This document shows, one piece after another, positions 36,633 through 64,000 of a stretch of DNA of 64,000 nt (position 1 is its first letter; every line of letters begins with the position of its first letter). The stretch is from Macrostomum lignano (taxonomy: Eukaryota). Position numbers and translations under genes: made by a program. The stretch lies in NCBI GenBank assembly GCA_002269645.1, contig NIVC01001631.1:192949-256948 (forward strand), read 5' to 3'. The notes beneath the pieces are model-generated. The model searched no databases. It had not been told where the DNA came from and saw only the letters and a list, made by a program, of their open reading frames with translations.

Positions 36633-64000
<27,368 letters not shown>

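Overview
Eukaryotic (invertebrate metazoan) genomic DNA with spliceosomal introns, most of them filled by minisatellites. This style resembles Macrostomum flatworm assemblies (inference, not confirmed). Three multi-exon genes can be built exon by exon with consistent splice phases. (1) A ZDHHC2/15/20-type palmitoyltransferase (+, 7572-11418). (2) An ERG/KCNH2-type K+ channel (-, 26217-14536, 12 exons, about 1061 aa). (3) A very large secreted SCO-spondin/hemolectin-like gel-forming glycoprotein (+, 36633 to beyond 64000): signal peptide, EMI-EGF, 3x vWD-C8-TIL, 5x LDLRa, then one giant exon of at least six near-identical ~500-aa modules, each with two divergent discoidin-like domains and Thr-rich linkers. 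Between the head-to-head channel and mucin genes lies a DUF4806/BEN-like ORF flanked on both sides by the same 28-31 bp minisatellite (0.3 kb and 7 kb arrays), plus a CGCGACG motif cluster; this may be a transposon-derived unit. There is an orphan terminal exon at 5532-5837 and a 222-N gap at 877-1098. Nearly all long ORFs in the supplied track over repeat arrays are artefacts. No CRISPR arrays, rRNA or intact tRNA genes were seen.
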